A DNA stretch of 64,000 bases from a virus (taxonomy: Duplodnaviria; Caudoviricetes). Both the position numbers and the translations under genes were made by a program. The stretch lies in IMG/VR virus record IMGVR_UViG_3300033498_000048, positions 128,001 through 192,000 of that record; one strand, 5' to 3'. Shown piece after piece: positions 1-9,800 of the stretch; the stretch's first letter is position 1; every line of letters begins with the position of its first letter. Below the pieces are notes generated by a model. The model was given only the letters and a program-made list of their open reading frames with translations, had not been told where the DNA came from and did no database searches.

Positions 1-1402
1 TAAACACCTTACTTAATGTTCCAGATGGTTTACCTAAACAAACATTTTTTGGACGTTGTAATCCAAGTTCATCTGCCATTGAATACGCAGCAAATGTTGT
101 TACTCTTTGCATACTAGATAAATCATATTCTAGTAAATCTGGACGTTGTGCTATTCCAGTTAATCCAACACCACACAATCTTAAGAAAATGTTATTAAGA
201 TGCCATGATTCTTGTAATATTCCATCATTTAAATTAACACAAGTTTGTCTATAATTAGCTCTTGCTGATAATCTTAATGCCTCATGCAACCCAGATGTAT
301 CTCCAATAAACTTAGACACATCAATCTCAACCAAATTACAGAATCCCTTATTAGGTAATAATACTTCTGCACACGGATTGACAATATTAAACCAAGGAGC
401 TTTTGATAGAGCAGCCTCACCATTGATGAATCCAGGTTCACTACCCCCACCTTCTTCCATGATACTAAAAATATCAAGTAGTTCATTTTTAGTTGGTTTT
501 GTATTAAATATTAATGAGTTATTCGATTGTGAACGTTGCGGATTATTATTCCAATACTCACGTTTAGCAATTGCAAACTCGTCCCATTCTGGTTGCCCAT
601 ACTCAAATAACGCAATTTCAGCACTTCTACGACTGGAAAGAATTGTACCTAGCCAGTTCACTATATCCAATATATCAATGCGTGATAAGAGTTCTCCAGC
701 CTTCCTGTTCATTATCTGTGCAATAGCAACGTATGCTTTAGATATTGCAGTATCACCACTACTAATCCAACCGTAACCCTTTAACCTACATCCAGCAGGT
801 CTTATTTCACTAAAATCAAATACAAGCTTATCTGCTGGATATTTACCAGCTAACAATTTACCTATTGATTTTGCCCAAGCTTCGGCTGAATCTCCAATTG
901 AAATAGTCCAAGTTTTAGTTTGATTGTTCCATGTTTCTAAATTGGTTTCTCTTCCACCTTTAGTAGTTCTTTGTGTTGGAATTACTTGAATGTCTTTAAT
1001 TGGTTTAAAGAACCCATTTAATGTACCAACTTTAGGTTTAAATCCTACTCCACAGCCTTGCATTAAAAGCCATAATACATCCACAACATCATATACGGTT
1101 TCAACAATAGTACCACTACAATTGAACTGGGATGCTTCCCGTGTTTGTGCGATTTCTGTTCCACCTAACCACAAAGTTCTTCCCGAAACAGATACCTTTT
1201 TAACTAACATCAAACAATAAAATGAAAACAATTCCGAATATTCTTTGTGTGTTAGTTCTCTCCCTAATGCTCGTTTCCATAACCACCACTGGTGCAGCAT
1301 AACCCGTAAACAAATGTCATCCCACGATTCAAACTTGGTTTCCATTTCATTTTGTGGTCTTGCATACGTTCTTCTTATAATTACTTCACTTCTAGTTTCC
1401 AA
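1..1402 (-). CDS. nrdJ: Class II (adenosylcobalamin-dependent, monomeric RTPR-type) ribonucleotide reductase, 3' end beyond window
   Basis: Manual translation of the minus strand (absent from the ORF track because no stop lies in the window): ETRSEVIIRRTYARP...KVSVSGRTLWLGG...REASQFNCS...LLMQGCGVGF...SSRRSAEI...GGSEPGFIN...NPCAEV...KPSGTLSK. Start is probably TTG at 1402, or ATG slightly upstream if an A5 run is really A4. Confidence 0.92.
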   Translation of the reverse strand, partial: METRSEVIIRRTYARPQNEMETKFESWDDICLRVMLHQWWLWKRALGRELTHKEYSELFSFYCLMLVKKVSVSGRTLWLGGTEIAQTREASQFNCSGTIVETVYDVVDVLWLLMQGCGVGFKPKVGTLNGFFKPIKDIQVIPTQRTTKGGRETNLETWNNQTKTWTISIGDSAEAWAKSIGKLLAGKYPADKLVFDFSEIRPAGCRLKGYGWISSGDTAISKAYVAIAQIMNRKAGELLSRIDILDIVNWLGTILSSRRSAEIALFEYGQPEWDEFAIAKREYWNNNPQRSQSNNSLIFNTKPTKNELLDIFSIMEEGGGSEPGFINGEAALSKAPWFNIVNPCAEVLLPNKGFCNLVEIDVSKFIGDTSGLHEALRLSARANYRQTCVNLNDGILQESWHLNNIFLRLCGVGLTGIAQRPDLLEYDLSSMQRVTTFAAYSMADELGLQRPKNVCLGKPSGTLSKVF

Positions 1403-1700
1403 TTTGTCATTTTTCCATTTTAATTCACTATTACCATTATATAAAGTTTAAATTAAGCAATCTGATTGCTTACCATTCGACATAACTTCGGAATCACTGC
1501 CCATGAATATGGCTATTAGACTTTTTAACGTTGTCCAAATATGTGTTCTGAAAGTTTACCTTCACCATCTAACGTGTCAGCATTATCAATGTAAATTATG
1601 TCATCACCTGTTTTTAAAACAAACATAATTACATCATTGTCAAATAAAAATAGAGTTTTGTTTCACACTTCCATCACTATTGATAATAGGCTTACCAACT

Positions 1701-3014
1701 CTATTCTATTGGAATGATTTTAGTTTCTTTGAATGTAATATCTTGTAATCCACGTTTTAAGCATAACTCATCGTCTGATTTGTCCATATACAGTTGTAAC
1801 ATTGGAATTTCATTTTGAATTACTACTCCAATCTTATTAATAATATTTCGCAATGTTGGATGTACGGTTAATGAACTCCTCAAATCTAATACATAAGCAA
1901 TTTGTGGTAAGTCGTATGACAGTGTTGTAACAACATTAAATCCCATTGGAATATAATATTGCAATTCATACTTATTACACAATAATAAATCTAGCTTGTG
2001 TAATTGATTACCAATCCTAGCATTAATTTCATCAATAACACAATCAGGTAAATTGTCCAAATACCATTCATTAAATCCATATTGAGTTGTTAATAATGGC
2101 ATTTCACATAAACCATTCCGATGTCTTTGAATGTCCCTAAATGAACCATAATCTAATAAAAATTCAAATAGGACTGTTCCATATTTTTTAAGGTGTTTTG
2201 GTAACATTTTACCTTTCGGTCTATGTTCCATCAATTCAATATCCAACTGCTTAAAATCAAAGTTGAGTGTTTTGAAATTGATATTAAATCCATTATACTC
2301 AACAGATTCGGCATAGTGGATATATTCTGAATATTTCACCCCATACTTAATAATGTCAGGTTTTAATTTGTAGTTGAAGCTACTTGGATATTTACTTTGT
2401 AATTGTAACAACATTTCATTGGCAATGTTTCTAACTTCCAATAATGGATGTTGTAACAAATCATCAATCCTATCTTTAGCTTGACTTAAGCTTGTTGTCC
2501 ATGATAACTGAGTAGTAGCACCACTCGGTAAAAATCCACGCATAATATCAAAGCACCTTGATTGAATTGCTTTATCGTAAACTGTTTGGTTAATTCCATT
2601 TGATTTTGGATTTTGCCTTTTTAATTCAGCTATTACAATTGGTTGATATTCAGTGTATATATTCATCCACTCATTTAATATCTCTTTTGAAGTAGCTGAA
2701 TTAACGGGGTCTATCATTGGTCTTGATTGGAAGTCAATATATCGGGTTGAAGATTCTTGTCCAGAATATAATGGTGAATCTTGAATTGCTTTAGCTGCCA
2801 AAATTGACACATTTTCTATATAGATGGTTGTAGTACCACAATCTCCAATACTTTTATGTCCATACCCAATATAAAAGTTGGACATAAAATTAGTTGAACC
2901 AACATCTTCAACTTTTTTTATGTGGTCTAAAACCGATAATCCAGAACGACTGTATAATGCTTGTATCATTGCATTATCCTCAGCACTAAGGTCATCCTTA
3001 ATGATTATATTCAT
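1701..3014 (-). CDS. thyX: Flavin-dependent thymidylate synthase (ThyX/Thy1, tandem-domain form)
   Basis: GYGHKSIGDC, QESSTRY and FRDIQRHR motifs; two Thy1-like halves. Confidence 0.85.
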   Translation of the reverse strand: MNIIIKDDLSAEDNAMIQALYSRSGLSVLDHIKKVEDVGSTNFMSNFYIGYGHKSIGDCGTTTIYIENVSILAAKAIQDSPLYSGQESSTRYIDFQSRPMIDPVNSATSKEILNEWMNIYTEYQPIVIAELKRQNPKSNGINQTVYDKAIQSRCFDIMRGFLPSGATTQLSWTTSLSQAKDRIDDLLQHPLLEVRNIANEMLLQLQSKYPSSFNYKLKPDIIKYGVKYSEYIHYAESVEYNGFNINFKTLNFDFKQLDIELMEHRPKGKMLPKHLKKYGTVLFEFLLDYGSFRDIQRHRNGLCEMPLLTTQYGFNEWYLDNLPDCVIDEINARIGNQLHKLDLLLCNKYELQYYIPMGFNVVTTLSYDLPQIAYVLDLRSSLTVHPTLRNIINKIGVVIQNEIPMLQLYMDKSDDELCLKRGLQDITFKETKIIPIE

Positions 3015-3037
3015 GTATTTCCCCTAGTTGACCAGTG

Positions 3038-3436
3038 TTAATCGTGGTTATATTCTAATATCTCAATACCATCTTTTCTCACAATAACTTTAGAGTGGTC
3101 TCCGAAAGCTACTTTAAATGTTTGTTCGCCTAATTCCGTTTGTGTGAACGCAGACAACTCATCAAGTAATGGATATACTCCATTAGAATAAGAATCATAA
3201 TCATCCTCATCAAAGTCATCTTCAGTTAAATAAACATCAAAGTCATTTACACCAAACGTACATTCATCTCCATCATTGAAGTATGGAGTGTACTGTGTCC
3301 AACTAACACAATATGGTGGCGAATTACCATCAAAGATTTGTGCCAACATATCAGCAATAGTTGCGTTTGCTTGTTCTTGAAGTGTCTTCACCATAGCTTC
3401 ATATTGTTCTGTTAATCTTACAAGCTTTTCATTCAT
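3038..3436 (-). CDS. Conserved phage hypothetical protein (WTQYTPYFNDGDEC motif)
   Basis: 132-aa ORF with GGAG RBS; the motif is one I recall from large phages. Confidence 0.75.
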   Translation of the reverse strand: MNEKLVRLTEQYEAMVKTLQEQANATIADMLAQIFDGNSPPYCVSWTQYTPYFNDGDECTFGVNDFDVYLTEDDFDEDDYDSYSNGVYPLLDELSAFTQTELGEQTFKVAFGDHSKVIVRKDGIEILEYNHD

Positions 3437-3644
3437 ATTAACTCTCCTTATATTGTTTTGTTTAAAACTTCAACTTAATTAAAACTTTCCCCGTTTATCA
3501 AAATCAAGACTATATCTATGTATTAACATAATATAGTTTTCACTATTTCAAGTGTTAATCCATATGGTAGGCTAGCACATCCTTGAAATTTAGCTTTTAC
3601 TAAATCAGTAAACTTCCTCTGGTATATTATTAATCATATTCCCA

Positions 3645-4001
3645 TTACTCAGTTTTATTAAACTTTATAACTCGCCTTTTCTTTAATGTTCCGCTCATCC
3701 ACGGTTGTATTTCCATATTTTTAAAATAATTTTCAACCGTGGGAATGAATCCCAAGTCACCTAAGATGTGGTTTTCTGCTACTGCCCTTGGAGAGTATTC
3801 TCTACCATCTGAATTGACTAAACATTGTCCAAAGAATTGTTCTACTAACATTAATCCGAATTGATTGTGAAGTAATGCTCTGTGTCTTATATCAGGCATT
3901 GTGTGGTATGATTGGTCTATAAACTCATGTATTGGATAATAATCTTCTTTTTTACCTCCAAACATCTTTACGTCTAACTTTGCGTGGATATATGGTTTCA
4001 T
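3645..4001 (-). CDS. DUF6915-like hypothetical protein
   Basis: MKPYIHAK...YYPIHEFIDQS...HRALLHN...HILGDLGFIPT pattern. Start moved to the MKPY ATG. Confidence 0.7.
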   Translation of the reverse strand: MKPYIHAKLDVKMFGGKKEDYYPIHEFIDQSYHTMPDIRHRALLHNQFGLMLVEQFFGQCLVNSDGREYSPRAVAENHILGDLGFIPTVENYFKNMEIQPWMSGTLKKRRVIKFNKTE

Positions 4002-4002
4002 A

Positions 4003-4242
4003 TTAAAATAAATGTTGGTTATCGCGAATAAAGGCATAAACTTTACAATAAACTGAATCGAATCCAAATTTTTTCAGTAAATCATCATCCAATAAAAAAT
4101 CACGTTCTAAATTATACTCAGTAGCGTATCTTTTACCATTTTCAACAACTTGTATCATATCTCTACTACAAGATTTTTTAACTGGTCTATCTAACAAACT
4201 AACAAACGTTTTACAAAAACTAACCATTTCACTATCTTTCAT
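4003..4242 (-). CDS. Hypothetical protein
   Basis: 79-aa ORF with RBS, co-directional with its neighbours. Confidence 0.6.
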   Translation of the reverse strand: MKDSEMVSFCKTFVSLLDRPVKKSCSRDMIQVVENGKRYATEYNLERDFLLDDDLLKKFGFDSVYCKVYAFIRDNQHLF

Positions 4243-4265
4243 TATACTCCCCTAAACATTATTAA

Positions 4266-4616
4266 TCATCGGCATAGCCTAACGCACATCAAATCTGTTA
4301 TGTGAGCTTTTACCACATCACCATTCCAAAAATCAACGACATATATCCAATCTGTGGAACTTAAAGTTGATGTTAAATAGCATTGATAATCCTTCTTGAT
4401 AACATCTTGAAATACACCAGTATCAATGCAATAATCTGTATCGTTTTTACTAGGTTTTTGGATTATTGCAATTAATTCTGATAAAGTAGGAAGTCGCCAA
4501 TCATAATAACCAGCGACACCTTGATGTTTTTGAATTTCAAATTGGACATCTTTGAAATTTGATTTGAATGTATTTTTAGTCCATAATTTATCATTACAGA
4601 AACAAACTTGATTCAT
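4266..4616 (-). CDS. DUF1566 (Lcl C-terminal, C-type-lectin-like fold) domain protein
   Basis: DWRLPTLSEL, Y.TST, and ...VVDF.NG...VRLCR motifs. Confidence 0.75.
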   Translation of the reverse strand: MNQVCFCNDKLWTKNTFKSNFKDVQFEIQKHQGVAGYYDWRLPTLSELIAIIQKPSKNDTDYCIDTGVFQDVIKKDYQCYLTSTLSSTDWIYVVDFWNGDVVKAHITDLMCVRLCR

Positions 4617-5607
4617 AGTAGTCTTTAATTAATTTTTCAATTTCAGAATTGGACGAGGCTAAAACAAATGGTTTAAGCTTATCGGCATAATGCTTACGGA
4701 ACTTTTCATTGAATCTCCCTAATTCTTTCAATTTAAGTCCAGTAACTTTAGATATAACGTTCCCTGACAACTTTTGTTTGAATATCTTATTATCAGCATC
4801 TTCTTTTAATACATTATCATATCGCAATTTGAAGTCTGGAAACAATCTAAAACACTTATTTAAAATTGTGTTTGTGTCTATTGATTTAGATTTTTTAAAA
4901 GTTTTTGTTTCAATCCACTTTAGAAATTCCATGTAAGTTTTTCGTTTTTTATCCCTAATGCGACTATCGTGATTTCTAGTGGATAAATTGTACCAGTGTG
5001 GAGAAAAATACTTACAATCACTGACATAATTAAAGATGTCCTCTAACGTGTCGAATTGTGTATTGTGATAGTTATCATAACCTAAGACAGACAATGCTTG
5101 TTCCCAATCGTGTGTGATTACAATTTCAGCAATCACACGGGTATCTTCTTTAAGAGTGTAAATTAACCCTTGATGTCCAAGCTTCAAGCCAGCAACTTTG
5201 AATAGAACACCCAATAGATTACCGAGGTCATTATACGAATAATAGCATTTAGCAAAATCATACGTTACAATTGGAGTATAAATTAAATCCGTTTGAACTT
5301 TTTTACCCGATTTACATTTCCACACAAAACTAAAACATAGTGATTTGTCGTCTGCATGGAATGCAATTGGATTATAACCTTCTATAACCGATTTAAAAAC
5401 ATAATCTAATGGGTATATTGAAGTGTCCATTGTATATAAAATGTCAATATCACCATGATTTGGTTTAGTATTATACCACGCAATTGGAACAAAGGTTATT
5501 CCAGGGCAAATGTGGTTTAACATTTTTTGTATTTGAGCTAACTCAGATGTTAGTTCTGGAGTATCAATTCTTTGAACCCCGAAATCAGCTAACGCATTGC
5601 CACCCAT
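4594..5607 (-). CDS. Putative nucleotidyltransferase-fold protein (jumbo-phage MGGNA family)
   Basis: MGGNAL start, HGDIDIL (G-D-x-D), VQTDLI, YYSYNDLGNLLG. Confidence 0.55.
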   Translation of the reverse strand: MGGNALADFGVQRIDTPELTSELAQIQKMLNHICPGITFVPIAWYNTKPNHGDIDILYTMDTSIYPLDYVFKSVIEGYNPIAFHADDKSLCFSFVWKCKSGKKVQTDLIYTPIVTYDFAKCYYSYNDLGNLLGVLFKVAGLKLGHQGLIYTLKEDTRVIAEIVITHDWEQALSVLGYDNYHNTQFDTLEDIFNYVSDCKYFSPHWYNLSTRNHDSRIRDKKRKTYMEFLKWIETKTFKKSKSIDTNTILNKCFRLFPDFKLRYDNVLKEDADNKIFKQKLSGNVISKVTGLKLKELGRFNEKFRKHYADKLKPFVLASSNSEIEKLIKDYYESSLFL

Positions 5608-5664
5608 AATTAATCACCTCTTAGTTAGTTAATATTGAAATTTTAACATTTACACACTTTAAAG

Positions 5665-6192
5665 TCAACTATCTGTACATTTTTTCAACAAGTATTGTAG
5701 CTGTTTTATTTGTTCTAGGTTTAGTTCATTATCAACTTGTAACGCAATGTTTCTTTTTTCTAATTCAACGATTTTAGCATTTAATTCTACAATTGTATTA
5801 TCTTTGATATTGAGACTTACTTTTAACTCGTCAAAGTTCCTTTCGAGATGTTCAAGTTTGCACAATCTAGCTTCTAAACCCTTTATCATTTCCCATAAAC
5901 GATTGTTTTCGTCACGAGCTAGTGCCAATTCTTGTTTTTGATTTTCGATTTGTTCTTTCAAGTGCTGATACAGGTAGCTTTCTGTATCATTTCTATTGAT
6001 TTGGTTATTATTCTCACTATTTGTTTTTTGAATCATTTTAATAATTGGAGTGGCAATTGCAATCATTGCTAATACCACTAAACCTATTACTGTTAAATTT
6101 TCATAAAAGTTGCTTAATACATGATGTCCACTTTCCAAAACATTAGATGTAGGTGATAATATACCACCTAATAGGTTTGTAGGAGTTTCCAT
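5665..6192 (-). CDS. Single-pass membrane protein with long coiled coil
   Basis: Hydrophobic LTVIGLVVLAMIAIATPII followed by a heptad-rich C-terminus; translationally coupled to the upstream gene. Confidence 0.7.
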   Translation of the reverse strand: METPTNLLGGILSPTSNVLESGHHVLSNFYENLTVIGLVVLAMIAIATPIIKMIQKTNSENNNQINRNDTESYLYQHLKEQIENQKQELALARDENNRLWEMIKGLEARLCKLEHLERNFDELKVSLNIKDNTIVELNAKIVELEKRNIALQVDNELNLEQIKQLQYLLKKCTDS

Positions 6193-6668
6193 TATTGACC
6201 TCCATTATTGTTTTTTCTATCAGCCAAACATCTAATCATACACCACCACACTAGCAATGTAATCAAAACACTACTAAGTATATCTATTGGGATAATATTT
6301 GGAACATATAATTGCTTATATGCCAACATCGTTGCTGTTGTGTATGATGTCCACACAACAGAACTAAGAATACAATCAAACACTAATGTCCAATAATTCC
6401 GTATAGCCATTATTAAAGAAAACATATTCATGGATGCTGCTAATATAAACAATCCGCCCCATAGTTCTCCAGGTATAATGTGTAAAATGAAATAGTGTGT
6501 CGGTGATATGTAAGTTTGCATTTCTTGTAAAAAAAACATTAATCCAAACACAAAATTAGCCATTGAAACGAAAAAACGCATCGAAACTAAGTCGCTCCTG
6601 ATACAAATGTCAAATAGCTTATTCAACACATATTTCGTTATTTGTGATTCCTTTAAACGCTTAAACAT
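6192..6668 (-). CDS. Multi-pass membrane protein (holin-like candidate)
   Basis: Three to four hydrophobic segments, GGAG RBS before MFKR, and a TATAAATA late promoter 30 bp upstream. Confidence 0.6.
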   Translation of the reverse strand: MFKRLKESQITKYVLNKLFDICIRSDLVSMRFFVSMANFVFGLMFFLQEMQTYISPTHYFILHIIPGELWGGLFILAASMNMFSLIMAIRNYWTLVFDCILSSVVWTSYTTATMLAYKQLYVPNIIPIDILSSVLITLLVWWCMIRCLADRKNNNGGQ

Positions 6669-6697
6669 AAAAACTCCAGTCAATTATTAATAATTAA

Positions 6698-6705
6698 TAT
6701 TTATA
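6698..6705 (-). promoter_or_regulatory. T4-type late promoter TATAAATA
   Basis: Exact match upstream of the membrane-protein pair. Confidence 0.75.
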
Positions 6706-6723
6706 TTTGACTGAATCTTAATG

Positions 6724-6894
6724 TTAATTAGTAAGCAATTGCTCAATTATATTGAGTCGAAGCAATCGCATAGCCACATTTCTATTTCCACGTTGAGTCC
6801 GTTTATCCATTGAACGTGCTGTTATTCCAGTTGGAATGTGTTGGATTAATATTCCATTATTGTTCCAAATGCTTCTGGAATGGGCGATTGTATA
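6724..6894 (-). pseudogene. Remnant of RF-1/ArfB-like domain (no GGQ, no canonical start)
   Basis: Open frame reads ...ILIQHIPTGITARSMDKRTQRGNRNVAMRLLR, matching the post-GGQ H-x-P-T-G...R-S/T-Q..N...AM segment of class I release factors. Confidence 0.4.
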
Positions 6895-6954
6895 TCAATA
6901 TTACCTCTCCAGTTAATTGTTATTTCGATGTATGTCTTATCCGAACAAAAACGA

Positions 6955-7215
6955 TTAACACGATATTGAAATTCGTTTGATGCAATTTAACGAGTTTTCA
7001 GCAATATCTGAAATCGTATATTTAAACATTGTCCAAAATTCAGTTAATCCAATGTCATTTGCACTTTCTGTAATAGAATCAGACACCCATTCTTGTATTG
7101 TACCAACATATTGTTTATCTGAATTGTCCTGATTAATTTTGACAATAACATTATCATTAGACACTGAAATTGAAACAGCATAGTCTAACATATGTAAATG
7201 TGTAGTTATAATCAT
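6955..7215 (-). CDS. Hypothetical protein (possibly frameshifted near its 3' end)
   Basis: 86-aa ORF with GGAG RBS; the +1 frame stays open for about 45 further codons. Confidence 0.55.
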   Translation of the reverse strand: MIITTHLHMLDYAVSISVSNDNVIVKINQDNSDKQYVGTIQEWVSDSITESANDIGLTEFWTMFKYTISDIAENSLNCIKRISISC

Positions 7216-7372
7216 AATTTTTTAATATGCTCCATGTTATCTCTCAATAAGAGAAATTAAGTTTTAAATTTCTTGTAGCCATTACTCATTTCCAATTATT
7301 GATTGGTAGCGAGTGCTGGAATTGAATTCCACGATAATTTCCTTATGAATGAAACACTCTACAACTTGTTTT

Positions 7373-7897
7373 CTAACGCAATCTCAACAAAATGTCATCA
7401 ATTATTGGGTGTAGGTCTACATCAAGTACATTATAACCATTATCAATCACGAAATGACCATGATGTTTAATTCCAGCCTCAGATTCGTGGAACTTGATAC
7501 CATGTTTCGATTCAAACCTACTTCCAACAACTTTAACAATGATTCCACCATTATTAACAATCACATCAACTTCGTTATCAAATCTTAAATCATCAACAAT
7601 GATAACTCGACTATGGGATTCAGCAACAGCATTTAGCCATTTGTTAATCCAGATATTTGGACTAATTAAGTTTCTACCAATATCAGTGCCAAGCAATTGT
7701 AATATTTTTCGTCCATTCTCATTTTTAATTCCATCCCAACCCATCGACAATGCTAAATCTTTGACAGGTTTTGCAAATGGAATTATGGAACTAATTGAAC
7801 CAAACCCTTTATGCAAAGAATTTGCAATGGTTGTTTTTCCACTACCCTTTAATCCACTTATTCCAACTATAACCTTATTTCTGCTACTCATAATCAT
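7373..7897 (-). CDS. 1: Deoxynucleoside monophosphate kinase (T4 gp1-like)
   Basis: GISGLKGSGKTT P-loop, RKILQLLGTDIGR, IVDDLRFDNE. Confidence 0.85.
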   Translation of the reverse strand: MIMSSRNKVIVGISGLKGSGKTTIANSLHKGFGSISSIIPFAKPVKDLALSMGWDGIKNENGRKILQLLGTDIGRNLISPNIWINKWLNAVAESHSRVIIVDDLRFDNEVDVIVNNGGIIVKVVGSRFESKHGIKFHESEAGIKHHGHFVIDNGYNVLDVDLHPIIDDILLRLR

Positions 7898-8048
7898 AAG
7901 TATAAAAGTCCAATAAAAATGATGTAAAAAACTGCTAATGCTTTGTCAACTGCCGATGGTTCGGAATTGTTCACACACGTTAAATCTTGTTCGTATAAAT
8001 TATAATGTTTCATTTAAAATTTCCGTTTGTTAATCTAATTGTGGTGTA

Positions 8049-8255
8049 TTACCATATGTTGTTTGGACATGATGCTCCTAAGAATTTTACTTTATATGAT
8101 ACAATACAACCACATTTACTACATTGTCCCATTAACTTAATTAGTAGTGGACAATGGTTACAACAATCAAGCCTAGACTGTTGTAACTCTGGACTAGCAT
8201 ATTTAATATTTCCAGTTATCATGTCCATTGCAACATCTATTAAACCATAACTCAT
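8049..8255 (-). CDS. Small Cys-rich protein (C..C...CSKCGC...CP...W)
   Basis: Seven-Cys pattern; CATAAATA late-promoter variant at 8281-8288. Confidence 0.65.
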   Translation of the reverse strand: MSYGLIDVAMDMITGNIKYASPELQQSRLDCCNHCPLLIKLMGQCSKCGCIVSYKVKFLGASCPNNIW

Positions 8256-8283
8256 TTGTGTTCCAAAATTGTAAATGAGTTAT

Positions 8284-8504
8284 TTATGCTTGCTCTTTAG
8301 CATCTTCTATCAGTTGTAGGTGTTTTCTGATATATCTCATCAACAACATACATTTTCAGTTTGTTTGAATGTCGCATCTCCAATATCTGAAATTGGTACA
8401 GGAAACAAAAATCCCTCAACATCAGTTTTATACCACAATTCACTTTCTGTATAATGTGAAAATGTTGCTGTTTTACCATCTTTAACCAATTCTTTGATTT
8501 CCAT
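8284..8504 (-). pseudogene. Small conserved phage protein interrupted by a 1-nt deletion in an A run
   Basis: MEIKELVKDGKTATFSHY...LWYKT...FPVPISDIGDATF switches frame at GAAAATG to ...MLLMRYIRKHLQLIEDAKEQA*. The span is 221 nt, one short of 74 codons. Confidence 0.55.
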
Positions 8505-8511
8505 AAAAACC

Positions 8512-8748
8512 TCAAATCATATTAATATTAACATCTGGATCCAAAACTTCTTTTATATCCAGTCCTAAGTTTCTTGCAATGTTTAATTTAATTTCATATT
8601 GGATATTTTCATCAGCCAGTTCTGCTTTAGTCCAATTATATCCAATACCATCTTTAACAATTTCTTTTTTTGTGAATCCAGCAGAAACTAATCGTTTAAT
8701 TAATCCAGATAAGGATTCATTTAAATTCATCGCCATATAATACACCAT
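8512..8748 (-). CDS. Hypothetical protein
   Basis: 78-aa ORF downstream of a sigma70-like promoter. Confidence 0.6.
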   Translation of the reverse strand: MVYYMAMNLNESLSGLIKRLVSAGFTKKEIVKDGIGYNWTKAELADENIQYEIKLNIARNLGLDIKEVLDPDVNINMI

Positions 8749-8772
8749 TAAGTTAATAGGTTAAAAATGAAC

Positions 8773-8802
8773 ATTATACGTTTAAATTGATTGTGTTGTC
8801 AA
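8773..8802 (-). promoter_or_regulatory. Sigma70-like early promoter TTGACA-18-TATAAT
   Basis: Exact hexamers with an 18-bp spacer. Confidence 0.65.
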
Positions 8803-8821
8803 CTATCATACAGATTTACAG

Positions 8822-9262
8822 TTAAGCTAATCTGTAAGTTGGAAGTTTCAACATTAACTCAATCTCCCACTCAGTATAGCCTTCCTCACGCAACAAAACC
8901 CTAACACCATTGGCACTACAATCTGGTAACTCTTTTGTTCGTCCATAAATTCTTTCTGGTAAAACAATTGATACACAAGTCATTAATCCACCCAATGAGT
9001 CATAGTCTTCATTAAAGGTTCCCCAAGGATACGGATTTTCAACTGTATCAAACATATCTACAAGATTTAACAATCCACGATAATTCTTTGCATCCAATAA
9101 GCATATGGTTTTGTGTTTACTAATCCATTCCCAAAACAGTTTGTCTTTAATTGTGACATCACATTTATACTTTAATGTCAACTCACACATTGCGTGAGTT
9201 GTTTGAATTCCATGTTGTTTATCATTTAAATATAAACCCATAACCCACGAATATAATCTCAT
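8822..9262 (-). CDS. Peptidyl-tRNA hydrolase type 2 (PTH2)-like protein
   Basis: Order of motifs Q-T-T-H-A, W...K-T-I-C-L, L..L and E-D...T-C-V-S-I-V-L-P follows the PTH2 pattern (Q..HA / W / K.VL / D...T). Confidence 0.5.
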   Translation of the reverse strand: MRLYSWVMGLYLNDKQHGIQTTHAMCELTLKYKCDVTIKDKLFWEWISKHKTICLLDAKNYRGLLNLVDMFDTVENPYPWGTFNEDYDSLGGLMTCVSIVLPERIYGRTKELPDCSANGVRVLLREEGYTEWEIELMLKLPTYRLA

Positions 9263-9350
9263 TATACCTTATCCTATAAATGAAAGTAAACATAAAAAAT
9301 TGCATATGCTATAGACAAAGCAACAATTGTTAAAATAACCCAATGGTATA

Positions 9351-9800
9351 TCAATTGTATTCCCCTGATTGTATAGTTATAAAGTTTGTGTTACCTACAC
9401 CAACAACATGACAGTTTTCTTCATCACCGACCAAGTAGTAAACTGTTCCAGTGAAATTTTGAATGGTGGTTGCCCATTGACAACCACTAGGAATAATAAA
9501 GTCTGGATTATATCTTAAAATTTCATCCAACTCAAACACTGCAACTAATCCAATAATTGAGCAAAATCCACCAATTACATTATCGAATACTTTTGGAACA
9601 TCTTTAATACCTTGAATTGGATTTTGTGTTTTGTAGGTGGTACATACCCAATTCCCAAACAATGTCGATTCACAAAGGTAATTCTTGAATCCAAGAGCTT
9701 CAAGGTTGTTACCATAGTCACACCTTTCCAAATCTAACTCATTGGCTATCACATAACAGGGGTCGGTAATTATAACAGTTTTAGAAGTTATATTCATCAC
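9351..9800 (-). CDS. Hypothetical protein (IITDPCYV motif)
   Basis: 149-aa ORF, coupled to the upstream ORF. Confidence 0.7.
   Translation of the reverse strand: MMNITSKTVIITDPCYVIANELDLERCDYGNNLEALGFKNYLCESTLFGNWVCTTYKTQNPIQGIKDVPKVFDNVIGGFCSIIGLVAVFELDEILRYNPDFIIPSGCQWATTIQNFTGTVYYLVGDEENCHVVGVGNTNFITIQSGEYN

Noticed and set aside
378-1451. Plus-strand ORFs over nrdJ and similar antisense ORFs elsewhere (e.g. 7494, 16556, 40828, 44896)
   Set aside because: These are shadows of well-supported opposite-strand genes, with no RBS or recognisable motifs.
4266-4616. DUF1566 protein as a diversity-generating retroelement target
   Set aside because: No reverse transcriptase and no second copy (template repeat) of its 3' end was found in the window.
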